Origin: Antedon mediterranea
Taxonomy: Eukaryota > Animalia > Echinodermata
NCBI RefSeq assembly: GCF_964355755.1
Contig: NC_092674.1
Span: 3,286,001-3,350,000, forward strand
Reading direction: 5' to 3'
Length of the DNA stretch: 64,000 nucleotides
Shown here: positions 40,365-52,938 of the stretch, piece by piece
How positions within the stretch are numbered: the stretch's first letter is position 1
How the letters are laid out: each line of letters starts with the position of its first letter
Notes under the pieces: generated by a model
The model's database searches: none
The model's input: only the letters and a program-made list of their open reading frames with translations
What the model was told of the DNA's origin: nothing
Made by a program: the position numbers and the translations under genes

Positions 40365-42866
40365 TGTGATGTTTGTGGGGAAAAGACTAAATATTTTACC
40401 GTGATGACGCATACTTCCAGTTCTGTGAATATGTATTCAAAAAATATCCTTAAGGTCATAATAATATTACATGCCTTGCTCATAATATTCAAGCTTATGA
40501 TAGTTACTTTGTAATGTGTATTCATGTGGTTTTGTTCCAGATGTCATAACTAAATGGTGGTAAGATTATTTCTACTAAAATTAAGGGTACTACTATTTGT
40601 TTCATTGACTCTGTCATTTTTACCGATGGCTTTAGCCAAACTACCTAAAACAAAACAAAACCTCTGGCATTAAAGAGTTAAAGAAGGGTTACTTTCCTCA
40701 TAAATTTAACACGGTTGGTAATGCAAACTATGTAGGTCCATATCCCGGTACTTTGATGTATGACCCCGACAAGATGTCTAAATCGACCCGGAATGATTTT
40801 CTTATTTGGTATGAGCAGAGGCGAGGTGAAATGCTTGATTTAAAGAGTCAGCTAATTGATTATTGTGTTAGTGACTTGGACATTTTTAGGCGTTGTTGCT
40901 TATCATTTAGACACATATTCAAATGATTATTAACTGTTCTTGATAATGGTATAGATAAGAAAGGGGTCGAAACGGTTTAATAACCAAAGCCCCAGCCTGT
41001 AATTTTGTATTTTCTAAGAAATTTTTGAAGCCGAATACAATTGCTTCTTTTCCACTAGCAGATTACTTAACTACAGAGACTCATTCTTTTGCTAGTATGC
41101 AGTGGTTAAGTTATGAATCAAAACAACGTAGAATCCATATTCATCATGTCCGTAATGGTAATGAAAAATGCTTTGGTAGATATAAAGTTAATGGGGCTTC
41201 GTTTGAACCAAACTTCATATTTGAATTTATTGGATGTTTATACCATGGCTGTAGTAAGTGCTATCGTCCAAAAATCCTTTCACTGGTCTAAGCAAGGCAG
41301 ATTCATATCTACAAACACAGAGAAAATCTTCTTATCTGAAACAGACGTTCTCTCAGTACTAGTATATTAAAATTTAGGAGCATAAGTGGAACAACATTAA
41401 GAAGTCCTTAACCCCTACGGAATTAGCAGTCATATTTGATGTACCTGCTATTCATCCTACACTTAATCCTCGAGAAGCTTTTTTTGGAGGTAGAACCAAT
41501 GCCGGTAGATTGTTTTACCAAGTTAAAGATGATGAGCAGATTAACTATGTTGACTTCACTGGTCTTTATCTGTACTACAACAAATACGGAACATATCCGA
41601 TCGGACATCACGAAAAGTTAGCTTTCAAAGATATGTCTACAGATATTCGTATTGGAGTATTTTGGTCTGGTTCAATGCACAGTTAGTCCTCCAAAAAAGC
41701 TGCTTCACCCTGTTCTTCCTTATAGGAGTAATGGAAAACTTGTGTTTCCTTTATGTCGAACATGTGTTGATAATATGTGTCAGGAATCATGCAACCAAGA
41801 TGAAAATGAAAGATGCCTGACGGGGTCATGGGTATCAACGGGGTCATGGGTATCAACGGAGTCAGAGAAAGTTGAAGTTGGCTATGTAATTAGGAATGTT
41901 ACTGTTGCATGGAATTTTAAGCATAAAAGTGAGTATAAGTCAGATGATCCTTCTTCCAGACTTTTCTCTGGATATATTAATACTTTTCTTAAATTAAAGC
42001 AAGAAGCTTCTGGATGGCCTGATTGGTGTGTAACGGATAAGCAGAAAGATAAGTACATTAAAGATTACAAAACAAATGAAAATATTAAACTCGATAAGGA
42101 CTCTATTGCCTACAATGCTGGTCTACCGATCATTGGCAAAACTTATGCTAAATTCCTTCTAGGGAAAATTTGGACAGAGGGAAAATTTGACAAGAACTTT
42201 ATTTACCTCTGAAACAAATGACATTTATGACAATGTTTCGGACCAAAAAGTTATTGTACATGATGTGAACTTTATCAATGACGATTTAGCAGAAATGAAA
42301 TATATATAATATAAGACGAACACCAATTTGTAAAGGTAAACAAGAAAGTGAATGTTGTTATGGCGGCATTACTACTGCTACAGCAAAGCTAAAGCTCTAT
42401 GACTTATTGGAAAAGTTTCAAGACCGTGTGCTGTTCTACGACACCGATTCTTGTGTATTTACATCTAAAGCTGGAGGATGGCGACCACCACTTTGTGATA
42501 ATTATTGGGAATTAACCAATAAAATTAGCCCTAACGATAGAAATTATATCTCCTCTTTTGTTTCTGGGGGGGGGGGGGACCAAAACATTATGCTTACAGG
42601 TTAGACACGGGTAAAACGATCTGTAAGGTAAAGGGTTTTACCGTAAACTATCAAAATTCAAAATTAATCAATTTTAAAACAGTGAGTAAAATGGTATGTG
42701 GGTTGGTCCCCAAAAGTTAACCACATTTGATCCCAACAGAATAACGAGAAAAGCAAAAGAACGAACAATTGTAACGGAAGAAAGTAGTAAAGATTATCGT
42801 ATCGTGTATAACAAACGAATAATAATCGATGATTTTAAAACAGCTCCATATGGTTATGCAATGTAA
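40365..42866 (+). pseudogene. Polinton/Maverick-type pPolB, copy A (exonuclease to C-terminus), frameshifted
   Basis: AHN..YD, KKGYFPHKFN, DYCVSD, FEFIGCLYHGC, PREAFFGGRT, YVDFT, PPKKLLHPVLP, FLKLKQEASGWP, VLFYDTDS, KVKGFT, terminal TAPYGY. Confidence 0.9.
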
Positions 42867-42884
42867 GTACCTGTACATTTCTTA

Positions 42885-43300
42885 ACAAATTTCCTAAGTT
42901 TTTTTTGTGTAAACATTTTTGAACATAAAAAAAAAAATGTGTAAACTTTTTTGAACATTAAAAAAATTGTGTAAACATTTTTTGAACATAAAAAAAAATG
43001 TGTAAAGTTTTTGGAACATAAAAAAAATGTGTAAATAATTTGTAAAAAAAAAAAAAAATGTGTAAACAATTTAAAAAAAACAAAAAAAAATTGTAAAATT
43101 GTTCATCAAAATAAAAAAAAAATGTGTAAAAATTTGTGTTAGCAATTGAGCATTTTGTATGTAATACAATACGTTTTAAATGAGTTTACTGTATTAAATA
43201 AATAAAATAAAATGTATAAATGTTTATCAAAAAAAAAAAAAATTGTCAAACTATTTCTTAAAAAATTAAAAAAATGTATATATTTATATAGCTTTTAATA
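42885..43300. repeat. A-tract repeat (TGTGTAAA..TTTTTGAACATAAAAA)n between pPolB copies; mirrored at ~47990-48390
   Basis: Visible ~30-bp degenerate units. Confidence 0.75.
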
Positions 43301-43507
43301 TTTTTGTAATAGTGGTTTTTTTTTCCTTTTCTTTTTTTAACAAAAGGTATCATTCTACTGAATAGTCACTTACTAATTATTTATTTATTTTGATGTCTAA
43401 TTTTAATTTTTTTTTTCACTACATGTATAACAATTGATTTTTTAGGTAAAAAGAGAAATAAATATTTATATATATATATAAAGGATTATTACAAATCTAA
43501 TAATAAA

Positions 43508-46293
43508 ATGGTTCAGCAATACGGTGCAGGGATGGTAAGTAAATCAAGTATTACATTACTGAATAATCACTAATATTAAAATAAAAAATATATGATGTTT
43601 AAATGTGTTACCAATAATTATATAGTTTGTATTTTTATTTATTTTTTTATTTATGTTTTATCTTTTCAGAAAAGAGTTCGAGATGAGGATGATAACGATG
43701 TTGAAGTTGATACAGAAGAAGATGTCGTTGATCTGAATACTGTTAATATTGAGAATTTGAAGTTATGTTTTCAGCTATTTCTAAAGTTTTACAATCTCAC
43801 ATGAATATCTTAGTAGGTGATAATTTAGTGTTTAACATTATACATATGCCTAAGCCTATCGGTGGTGGTCCGTCTTTTTATAATGGAATAGATTTAGCTC
43901 ACCTAAACGTCAGATCATTAATAATAATCAAAGAGGATGATGAAAACATATGTTGTGCAAGGGCTTTGGTTGTCGGAATTTCGAGAATTGAAGATAAAGG
44001 TGCTAATACCCAAAGATGGGAACAACTTAGGAGCCGTCTTATCTCCAAGAGCATGAAGCCAGTCAACTAATGTTGAGAGCTGGTGTTAATCGTGGTCTTT
44101 CTGGTATTGAGGAATTTAAACGTTTTCAGAGGGTATTGTTTCATTACCAAATAGTTGTGATTTCCAAGGACAATCTCCACACAGTAATATTTAGCGGTGA
44201 GTACCGAGCAAAACAAATTTATTTATATCATCATGACAAACATTATGATGTCATTGTTTCAGTAGCAACTTTTTTGAAGGTTCGCCATTTTTGTAATCTT
44301 TGCTTTCAATGTTATACGGTCAAGTTCAATCACAAATGTAAGTTTACTTGTGAACTCTGTTGTTCCCATGACTGTATTCCTACTGTCGATACTGCTACTT
44401 CGGTTTATTGTGAAGACGGTAGACGTTCTTTTAAGAATCACAAATGCTTTGCTAATCATAAAATTGCTAGTCCAAAAGTATCTATTTGTGATAAGAAGAA
44501 ACTTTGTATTGTGTGTGATCGCTTCATTCAAAAGGGTAATGATTGCACAAAACATTTTTGTAGGACATGTTCTATGTTAGTTGATAGTAGTAATTTGTAT
44601 TACATGATGAAGATTAAGTTTCAGGATAAAAAAGGAGAAGAATTATAAAAATGATATTGAAAGAAAAAATGCGGCGGAGAAGTTCTTTTTCATCGATTTC
44701 GAGTGTACAAGAGACCGGTGAACACATTCCAAATCTCTGTGTTCTACAGAAATGCTGTGTAGACTGTATCACCGGTGATGTTGATTCCGAAGAATGTGAT
44801 GTTTGTGGGGAAAAGACTAAAATATTTTACGGTGATGACGCATGCTTCCAGTTCTGTGAGCATGTATTCAAAAAATATCCTTACGCTCATAATAATATTA
44901 CATGCCTTGCTCATAACTATCAAGCTTATGATAGTTACTTTGTAATGCGTTATTTGTATTCATGTGGTTTTGTTCCAGATGTCATAACTAATGGTGGTAA
45001 GATTCTTTCTACTAAAATTAAGGGTACTACTACTATTCGTTTCATTGACTCTGTCATTTTTATCGACGGCTTTAGCCAAACTACCTAAAACCTTTGGCAT
45101 TTAAGAGTTAAAGAAGGGTTACTTTCCTCGTAAATTTAACACGGTTGGTAATGCAAACTGTTTTAGGTCCATATCCCGGTGCTTCGATGTATGATCCCGA
45201 TAAGATGTCTGAATCGGCCCGGAATGATTTTCTTATTTGGTACGTGAAATTTTTGATTTAAAGAGTCAGCTAATTGATTATTGCGTTAGTGACGTGTACA
45301 TTCTTAGGCGTTGTTGCTTATCATTTAGACACAGATTCAAACGAGTAACTGTTCTTGATAATGGTATAGATCAGGAAGGGGTCGATCCGTTTTCTATTGG
45401 TTTAATAACCAAAGCCTCAGCCTGTAATATTGTATTTTCTAGGAACTTTTTGAAGCCGAATACAATTGCTTCTTTTCCACTAGCAGATTACTTTATTATT
45501 CAATTGTCATCATATTCGCTATATGCCATGCAGCTGTACTTTTTTCTGTTCTTTTTTTATTTTTTATTCCAACTTTTATCTACTGGTTTTATATATATTT
45601 TGTATTTCTTTATTGTCTAATTAATTTATTTTCTTTATTTATATATTTTTTTTTTTTTCTTCTCTTATTTAAATATTTTGTAAAGGCAATCCCGTCACAA
45701 GATTGTAATCTTTTTGGGATTTGCCTTCGTCCATTTTCTTGTTTTATCACTTGCCATTTTGTTTTTGTTACTTTTGTCTTTTGGACGTGAATAAATGTTC
45801 CTTGAATTGAATTGAATTGACTTAACTACAGAGTTGCTAGTATGGAGTGGTTAAGTTATGAATCAAAACGACGTGTAATCTATATTCATCTTGCCCATAA
45901 TGGTAATGAGAAATGCTTTGGTAGATAAATAGTTGATGGGGCTTCGTTTAAACCAAACTTAATATTTGAATTTATGGGATGTTTATATCATGGCTGTACT
46001 AAGTGCTATCGTCCACAAGACAAAAATCCTTTCACTGGTCTAAGCATGGCAGATTCATATCTACAAACACAGAGAAAATCTTCTTATCTGAAACAGACGT
46101 TTCCTATTATTGAAATTTGGGAGCATGAGTGGAACAACATTAAGAAGTCCTTAACCCCTACGGAATTAGCCGTCATATTTGATGTACCTGCCATTCATCA
46201 TACATTTAACCCCCGAGAAGCTCTTTTTAGAGGAAGAACCAATGCCGCTAGATTGTTTTACCAAGTTAAAGATGATGAGCATATTAACTATGT
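43508..46293 (+). pseudogene. Polinton-type pPolB, copy B (N-terminus, vOTU-like, Cys-rich, exonuclease and Vsr-like regions), truncated at the inversion junction
   Basis: MVQQYGAGM|intron|KRVRD; MPKPIGGG; DDENICCARALVVG..IYLYHHDKHYDVI; many CxxC; FFIDFECTRD/HIPNLCV; LAHNYQAYDSYF; GCLYHGC; IEIWEHEW; PREALFRGRT. Confidence 0.88.
45494..45819 (+). mobile_element. LINE 3'-end insertion in pPolB copy B
   Basis: Absent from copy A (GATTACTTAACTAC); ACTT on both sides; stem-loop AAGGCAATCCC..GGGATTTGCCTT, AATAAA and (TTGAA)n tail. Confidence 0.65.
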
Positions 46294-49200
46294 ATCTGGA
46301 ACAAAACCACATGAATACAAATAACGCATTACAAAGTAACTATCATAAGCTTGATAGTTATGAGCAAGGCATGTAATATTATTATGAGCGTAAGGATATT
46401 TTCTGAATACATGCTCACAGAACTGGAAGCATGCGTCATCACCGTAAAATATTTTAGTCTTTTCCCCACAAACATCACATTCTTCGGAATCAACATCACC
46501 GGTGATACAGTCTACACAGCATTTCTGTAGAACACAGAGATTTGGAATGTGTTCACCGGTCTCTTGTACACTCGAAATCGATGAAAAAGAACTTCTCCGC
46601 CGCATTTGTTCTTTCAATATCATTTTTATAATTCTTTTCCTTTTTTATCCTGAAACTTAATCTTCATCATGTAATACAAATTACTACTATCAACTAACAT
46701 AGAACATGTCCTACAAAAATGTTTTGTGCAATCATTACCCTTTTGAATGAAGCGATCACACACAATACAAAGTTTCTTCTTATCACAAATAGATACTTTT
46801 GGACTAGCAATTTTATGATTAGCAAAGCATTTGTGATTCTTAAAAGAACGTCTACCGTCTTCACAATAAACCGAAGTAGCAGTATCGACAGTAGGAATAC
46901 AGTCATGGGAACAACAGAGTTCACAAGTAAACTTACATTTGTGATTGAACTTGACCGTATAACATTGAAAGCAAAGATTACAAAAATGGCGAACCTTCAA
47001 AAAAGTTGCTACTGAAACAATGACATCATAATGTTTGTCATGATGATATAAATAAATTTGTTTTGCTCGGTACTCACCGCTAAATATTACTGTGTGGAGA
47101 TTGTCCTTGGAAATCACAACTATTTGGTAATCAAACAATACCCTCTGAAAACGTTTAAATTCCTCAATACCAGAAAGACCACGATTAACACCAGCTCTCA
47201 ACATTAGTTGATTGGCTTCATGCTCTTGGAGATAAGACGGCTCCTAAGTTGTTCCCATCTTTGGGTATTAGCACCTTTATCTTCAATTCTCGAAATTCCG
47301 ACAACCAAAGCCCTTGCACAACATATGTTTTCATCATCCTCTTTGATTATTATTAATGATCTGACGTTTAGGTGAGCTAAATCTATTCCATTATAAAAAG
47401 ACGGACCACCACCGATAGGCTTAGGCATATGTATAATGTTAAACACTAAATTATCACCTACTAAGATATTCATGTGAGATTGTAAAACTTTAGAAATAGC
47501 TGAAAACATAACTTCAAATTCTCAATATTAACAGTATTCAGATCAACGACATCTTCTTCTGTATCAACTTCAACATCGTTATCATCCTCATCTCGAACTC
47601 TTTTCTGAAAAGATAAAACATAAATAAAAAAATAAATAAAAATACAAACTATATAATTATTGGTAACACATTTAAACATCATATATTTTTTATTTTAATA
47701 TTAGTGATTATTCAGTAATGTAATACTTGATTTACTTACCATCCCTGCACCGTATTGCTGAACCATTTTATTATTAGATTTGTAATAATCCTTTATATAT
47801 ATATATAAATATCTATTTCTCTTTTTACCTAAAAAATCAATTGTTATACATGTAGTGAAAAAAAAAATTAAAATTAGACATCAAAATAAATAAATAATTA
47901 GTAAGTGACTATTCAGTAGAATGATACCTTTTGTTAAAAAAAGAAAAGGAAAAAAAAACCACTATTACAAAAATATTAAAAGCTATATAAATATATACAT
48001 TTTTTTAATTTTTTAAGAAATAGTTTGACAATTTTTTTTTTTTTTGGATAAACATTTATACATTTTATTTTATTTATTTAATACAGTAAACTCATTTAAA
48101 ACGTATTGTATTACATACAAAATGCTCAATTGCTAACACAAATTTTTACACATTTTTTTTTTATTTTGATGAACAATTTTACAATTTTTTTTTGTTTTTT
48201 TTTAAATTGTTTACACATTTTTTTTTTTTTTACAAATTATTTACACATTTTTTTTATGTTCCAAAAACTTTACACATTTTTTTTTTATGTTCAAAAAATG
48301 TTTACACAATTTTTTTAATGTTCAAAAAAGTTTACACATTTTTTTTTTATGTTCAAAAATGTTTACACAAAAAAACTTAGGAAATTTGTTAAGAAATGTA
48401 CAGGTACTTACATTGCATAACCATATGGAGCTGTTTTAAAATCATCGATTATTATTCGTTTGTTATACACGATACGATAATCTTTACTACTTTCTTCCGT
48501 TACAATTGTTCGTTCTTTTGCTTTTCTCGTTATTCTGTTGGGATCAAATGTGGTTAACTTTTGGGGACCAACCCACATACCATTTTACTCACTGTTTTAA
48601 AATTGATTAATTTTGAATTTTGATAGTTTACGGTAAAACCCTTTACCTTACAGATCGTTTTACCCGTGTCTAACCTGTAAGCATAATGTTTTGGTCCCCC
48701 CCCCCCCAGAAACAAAAGAGGAGATATAATTTCTATCGTTAGGGCTAATTTTATTGGTTAATTCCCAATAATTATCACAAAGTGGTGGTCGCCATCCTCC
48801 AGCTTTAGATGTAAATACACAAGAATCGGTGTCGTAGAACAGCACACGGTCTTGAAACTTTTCCAATAAGTCGTAGAGCTTTAGCTTTGCTGTAGCAGTA
48901 GTAATGCCGCCATAACAACATTCACTTTCTTGTTTACCTTTACAAATTGGTGTTCGTCTTATATTATATATATTTCATTTCTGCTAAATCGTCATTGATA
49001 AAGTTCACATCATGTACAATAACTTTTTGATCCGAAACATTGTCATAAATGTCATTTGTTTCAGAGGTAAATAAAGTTCTTGTCAAATTTTCCCTCTGTC
49101 CAAATTTTCCCTAGAAGGAATTTAGCATAAGTTTTGCCAATGATCGGTAGACCAGCATTGTAGGCAATAGAGTCCTTATCGAGTTTAATATTTTCATTTG

Positions 49201-50908
49201 TTTTGTAATCTTTAATGTACTTATCTTTCTGCTTATCCGTTACACACCAATCAGGCCATCCAGAAGCTTCTTGCTTTAATTTAAGAAAAGTATTAATATA
49301 TCCAGAGAAAAGTCTGGAAGAAGGATCATCTGACTTATACTCACTTTTATGCTTAAAATTCCATGCAACAGTAACATTCCTAATTACATAGCCAACTTCA
49401 ACTTTCTCTGACTCCGTTGATACCCATGACCCCGTTGATACCCATGACCCCGTCAGGCATCTTTCATTTTCATCTTGGTTGCATGATTCCTGACACATAT
49501 TATCAACACATGTTCGACATAAAGGAAACACAAGTTTTCCATTACTCCTATAAGGAAGAACAGGGTGAAGCAGCTTTTTTGGAGGACTAACTGTGCATTG
49601 AACCAGACCAAAATACTCCAATACGAATATCTGTAGACATATCTTTGAAAGCTAACTTTTCGTGATGTCCGATCGGATATGTTCCGTATTTGTTGTAGTA
49701 CAGATAAAGACCAGTGAAGTCAACATAGTTAATCTGCTCATCATCTTTAACTTGGTAAAACAATCTACCGGCATTGGTTCTACCTCCAAAAAAAGCTTCT
49801 CGAGGATTAAGTGTAGGATGAATAGCAGGTACATCAAATATGACTGCTAATTCCGTAGGGGTTAAGGACTTCTTAATGTTGTTCCACTTATGCTCCTAAA
49901 TTTTAATATACTAGTACTGAGGGAACGTCTGTTTCAGATAAGAAGATTTTCTCTGTGTTTGTAGATATGAATCTGCCTTGCTTAGACCAGTGAAAGGATT
50001 TTTGGACGATAGCACTTACTACAGCCATGGTATAAACATCCAATAAATTCAAATATGAAGTTTGGTTCAAACGAAGCCCCATTAACTTTATATCTACCAA
50101 AGCATTTTTCATTACCATTACGGACATGATGAATATGGATTCTACGTTGTTTTGATTCATAACTTAACCACTGCATACTAGCAAAAGAATGAGCCTCTGT
50201 AGTTAAGTAATCTGCTAGTGGAAAAGAAGCAATTGTATTCGGCTTCAAAAATTTCTTAGAAAATACAAAATTACAGGCTGGGGCTTTGGTTATTAAACCG
50301 TTTCGACCCCTTTCTTATCTATACCATTATCAAGAACAGTTAATAATCATTTGAATATGTGTCTAAATGATAAGCAACAACGCCTAAAAATGTCCAAGTC
50401 ACTAACACAATAATCAATTAGCTGACTCTTTAAATCAAGCATTTCACCTCGCCTCTGCTCATACCAAATAAGAAAATCATTCCGGGTCGATTTAGACATC
50501 TTGTCGGGGTCATACATCAAAGTACCGGGATATGGACCTACATAGTTTGCATTACCAACCGTGTTAAATTTATGAGGAAAGTAACCCTTCTTTAACTCTT
50601 TAATGCCAGAGGTTTTGTTTTGTTTTAGGTAGTTTGGCTAAAGCCATCGGTAAAAATGACAGAGTCAATGAAACAAATAGTAGTACCCTTAATTTTAGTA
50701 GAAATAATCTTACCACCATTTAGTTATGACATCTGGAACAAAACCACATGAATACGCATTACAAAGTAACTATCATAAGCTTGAATATTATGAGCAAGGC
50801 ATGTAATATTATTATGACCTTAAGGATATTTTTTGAATACATATTCACAGAACTGGAAGTATGCGTCATCACGGTAAAATATTTAGTCTTTTCCCCACAA
50901 ACATCACA
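46294..50908 (-). pseudogene. Inverted pPolB copies B' (47766-46294) and A' (~50908-48408)
   Basis: ORF translations nearly identical to those in 40365-44980. Confidence 0.9.
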
Positions 50909-52938
50909 CAAAAAAAGGTCCATTACATACATCCCTGTCTGAATTATAATCCGCTTTTTGTTTCAACAAGGGGGGTTCGGACCAGACTGTATACTTTTGA
51001 CCAATCAAATCACGCAAATGCTAGCAAACAATCGCTCCTTAATTATAACTCCCTCTTTTATATTATCCTATATTGTCACAAAAAAAAAGCAATCGTTGTG
51101 AGTATTATCAGTATTTGTAAAACACCTGTGATACACTCTATACAAAGCCTCCACTTTGTTAAAACTATACATTCGATTGTTAATTAATTAAAATTAGATT
51201 TCTATTGTTATGACCACCATCATTCTACGAAAACACCTGTATCATCCAATTAATACCCATTTGTTTTCCTAACTTTAATCAAATAGATTTCTTATTGTTT
51301 CCCTGTACTTATCCTTCTCCTATAGATACCCCTTTGTTAGCCTAGGACTTTAAGTAGCAAACCCTTTGTTTTCCTATAATTCTTATACTCAATAGATTTC
51401 CTTTGTTAGCCTCTTATGCTCCTAAATTTTAATATACTAGTACTGAGGGAACGTCTGTTTCAGATAAGAAGATTTTCTCTGTGTTTGTAGATATGAATCT
51501 GCCTTGCTTAGACCAGTGAAAGGATTTTTGGACGATAGCACTTACTACAGCCATGGTATAAACATCCAATAAATTCAAATATGAAGTTTGGTTCAAACGA
51601 AGCCCCATTAACTTTATATCTACCAAAGCATTTTTCATTACCATTACGGACATGATGAATATGGATTCTACGTTGTTTTGATTCATAACTTAACCACTGC
51701 ATACTAGCAAAAGAATGAGCCTCTGTAGTTAAGTAATCTGCTAGTGGAAAAGAAGCAATTGTATTCGGCTTCAAAAATTTCTTAGAAAATACAAAATTAC
51801 AGGCTGGGGCTTTGGTTATTAAACCGTTTCGACCCCTTTCTTATCTATACCATTATCAAGAACAGTTAATAATCATTTGAATATGTGTCTAAATGATAAG
51901 CAACAACGCCTAAAAATGTCCAAGTCACTAACACAATAATCAATTAGCTGACTCTTTAAATCAAGCATTTCACCTCGCCTCTGCTCATACCAAATAAGAA
52001 AATCATTCCGGGTCGATTTAGACATCTTGTCGGGGTCATACATCAAAGTACCGGGATATGGACCTACATAGTTTGCATTACCAACCGTGTTAAATTTATG
52101 AGGAAAGTAACCCTTCTTTAACTCTTTAATGCCAGAGGTTTTGTTTTGTTTTAGGTAGTTTGGCTAAAGCCATCGGTAAAAATGACAGAGTCAATGAAAC
52201 AAATAGTAGTACCCTTAATTTTAGTAGAAATAATCTTACCACCATTTAGTTATGACATCTGGAACAAAACCACATGAATACGCATTACAAAGTAACTATC
52301 ATAAGCTTGAATATTATGAGCAAGGCATGTAATATTATTATGACCTTAAGGATATTTTTTGAATACATATTCACAGAACTGGAAGTATGCGTCATCACGG
52401 TAAAATATTTAGTCTTTTCCCCACAAACATCACACAAAAAAAGGTCCATTACATACATCCCTGTCTGAATTATAATCCGCTTTTTGTTTCAACAAGGGGG
52501 GTTCGGACCAGACTGTATACTTTTGACCAATCAAATCACGCAAATGCTAGCAAACAATCGCTCCTTAATTATAACTCCCTCTTTTATATTATCCTATATT
52601 GTCACAAAAAAAAAGCAATCGTTGTGAGTATTATCAGTATTTGTAAAACACCTGTGATACACTCTATACAAAGCCTCCACTTTGTTAAAACTATACATTC
52701 GATTGTTAATTAATTAAAATTAGATTTCTATTGTTATGACCACCATCATTCTACGAAAACACCTGTATCATCCAATTAATACCCATTTGTTTTCCTAACT
52801 TTAATCAAATAGATTTCTTATTGTTTCCCTGTACTTATCCTTCTCCTATAGATACCCCTTTGTTAGCCTAGGACTTTAAGTAGCAAACCCTTTGTTTTCC
52901 TATAATTCTTATACTCAATAGATTTCCTTTGTTAGCCT
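49887..52938. repeat. 1526-bp tandem duplication unique to the right arm
   Basis: Identical ORFs offset by 1526 (49903/51429, 50748/52274); junction GTTAGCCT|CTTATGCTCC at 51412/51413. Confidence 0.92.

Noticed and set aside
42854-43069. Phe/Lys-rich ORFs here and at 48106-48380
   Set aside because: Artefacts of A/T-tract repeats.
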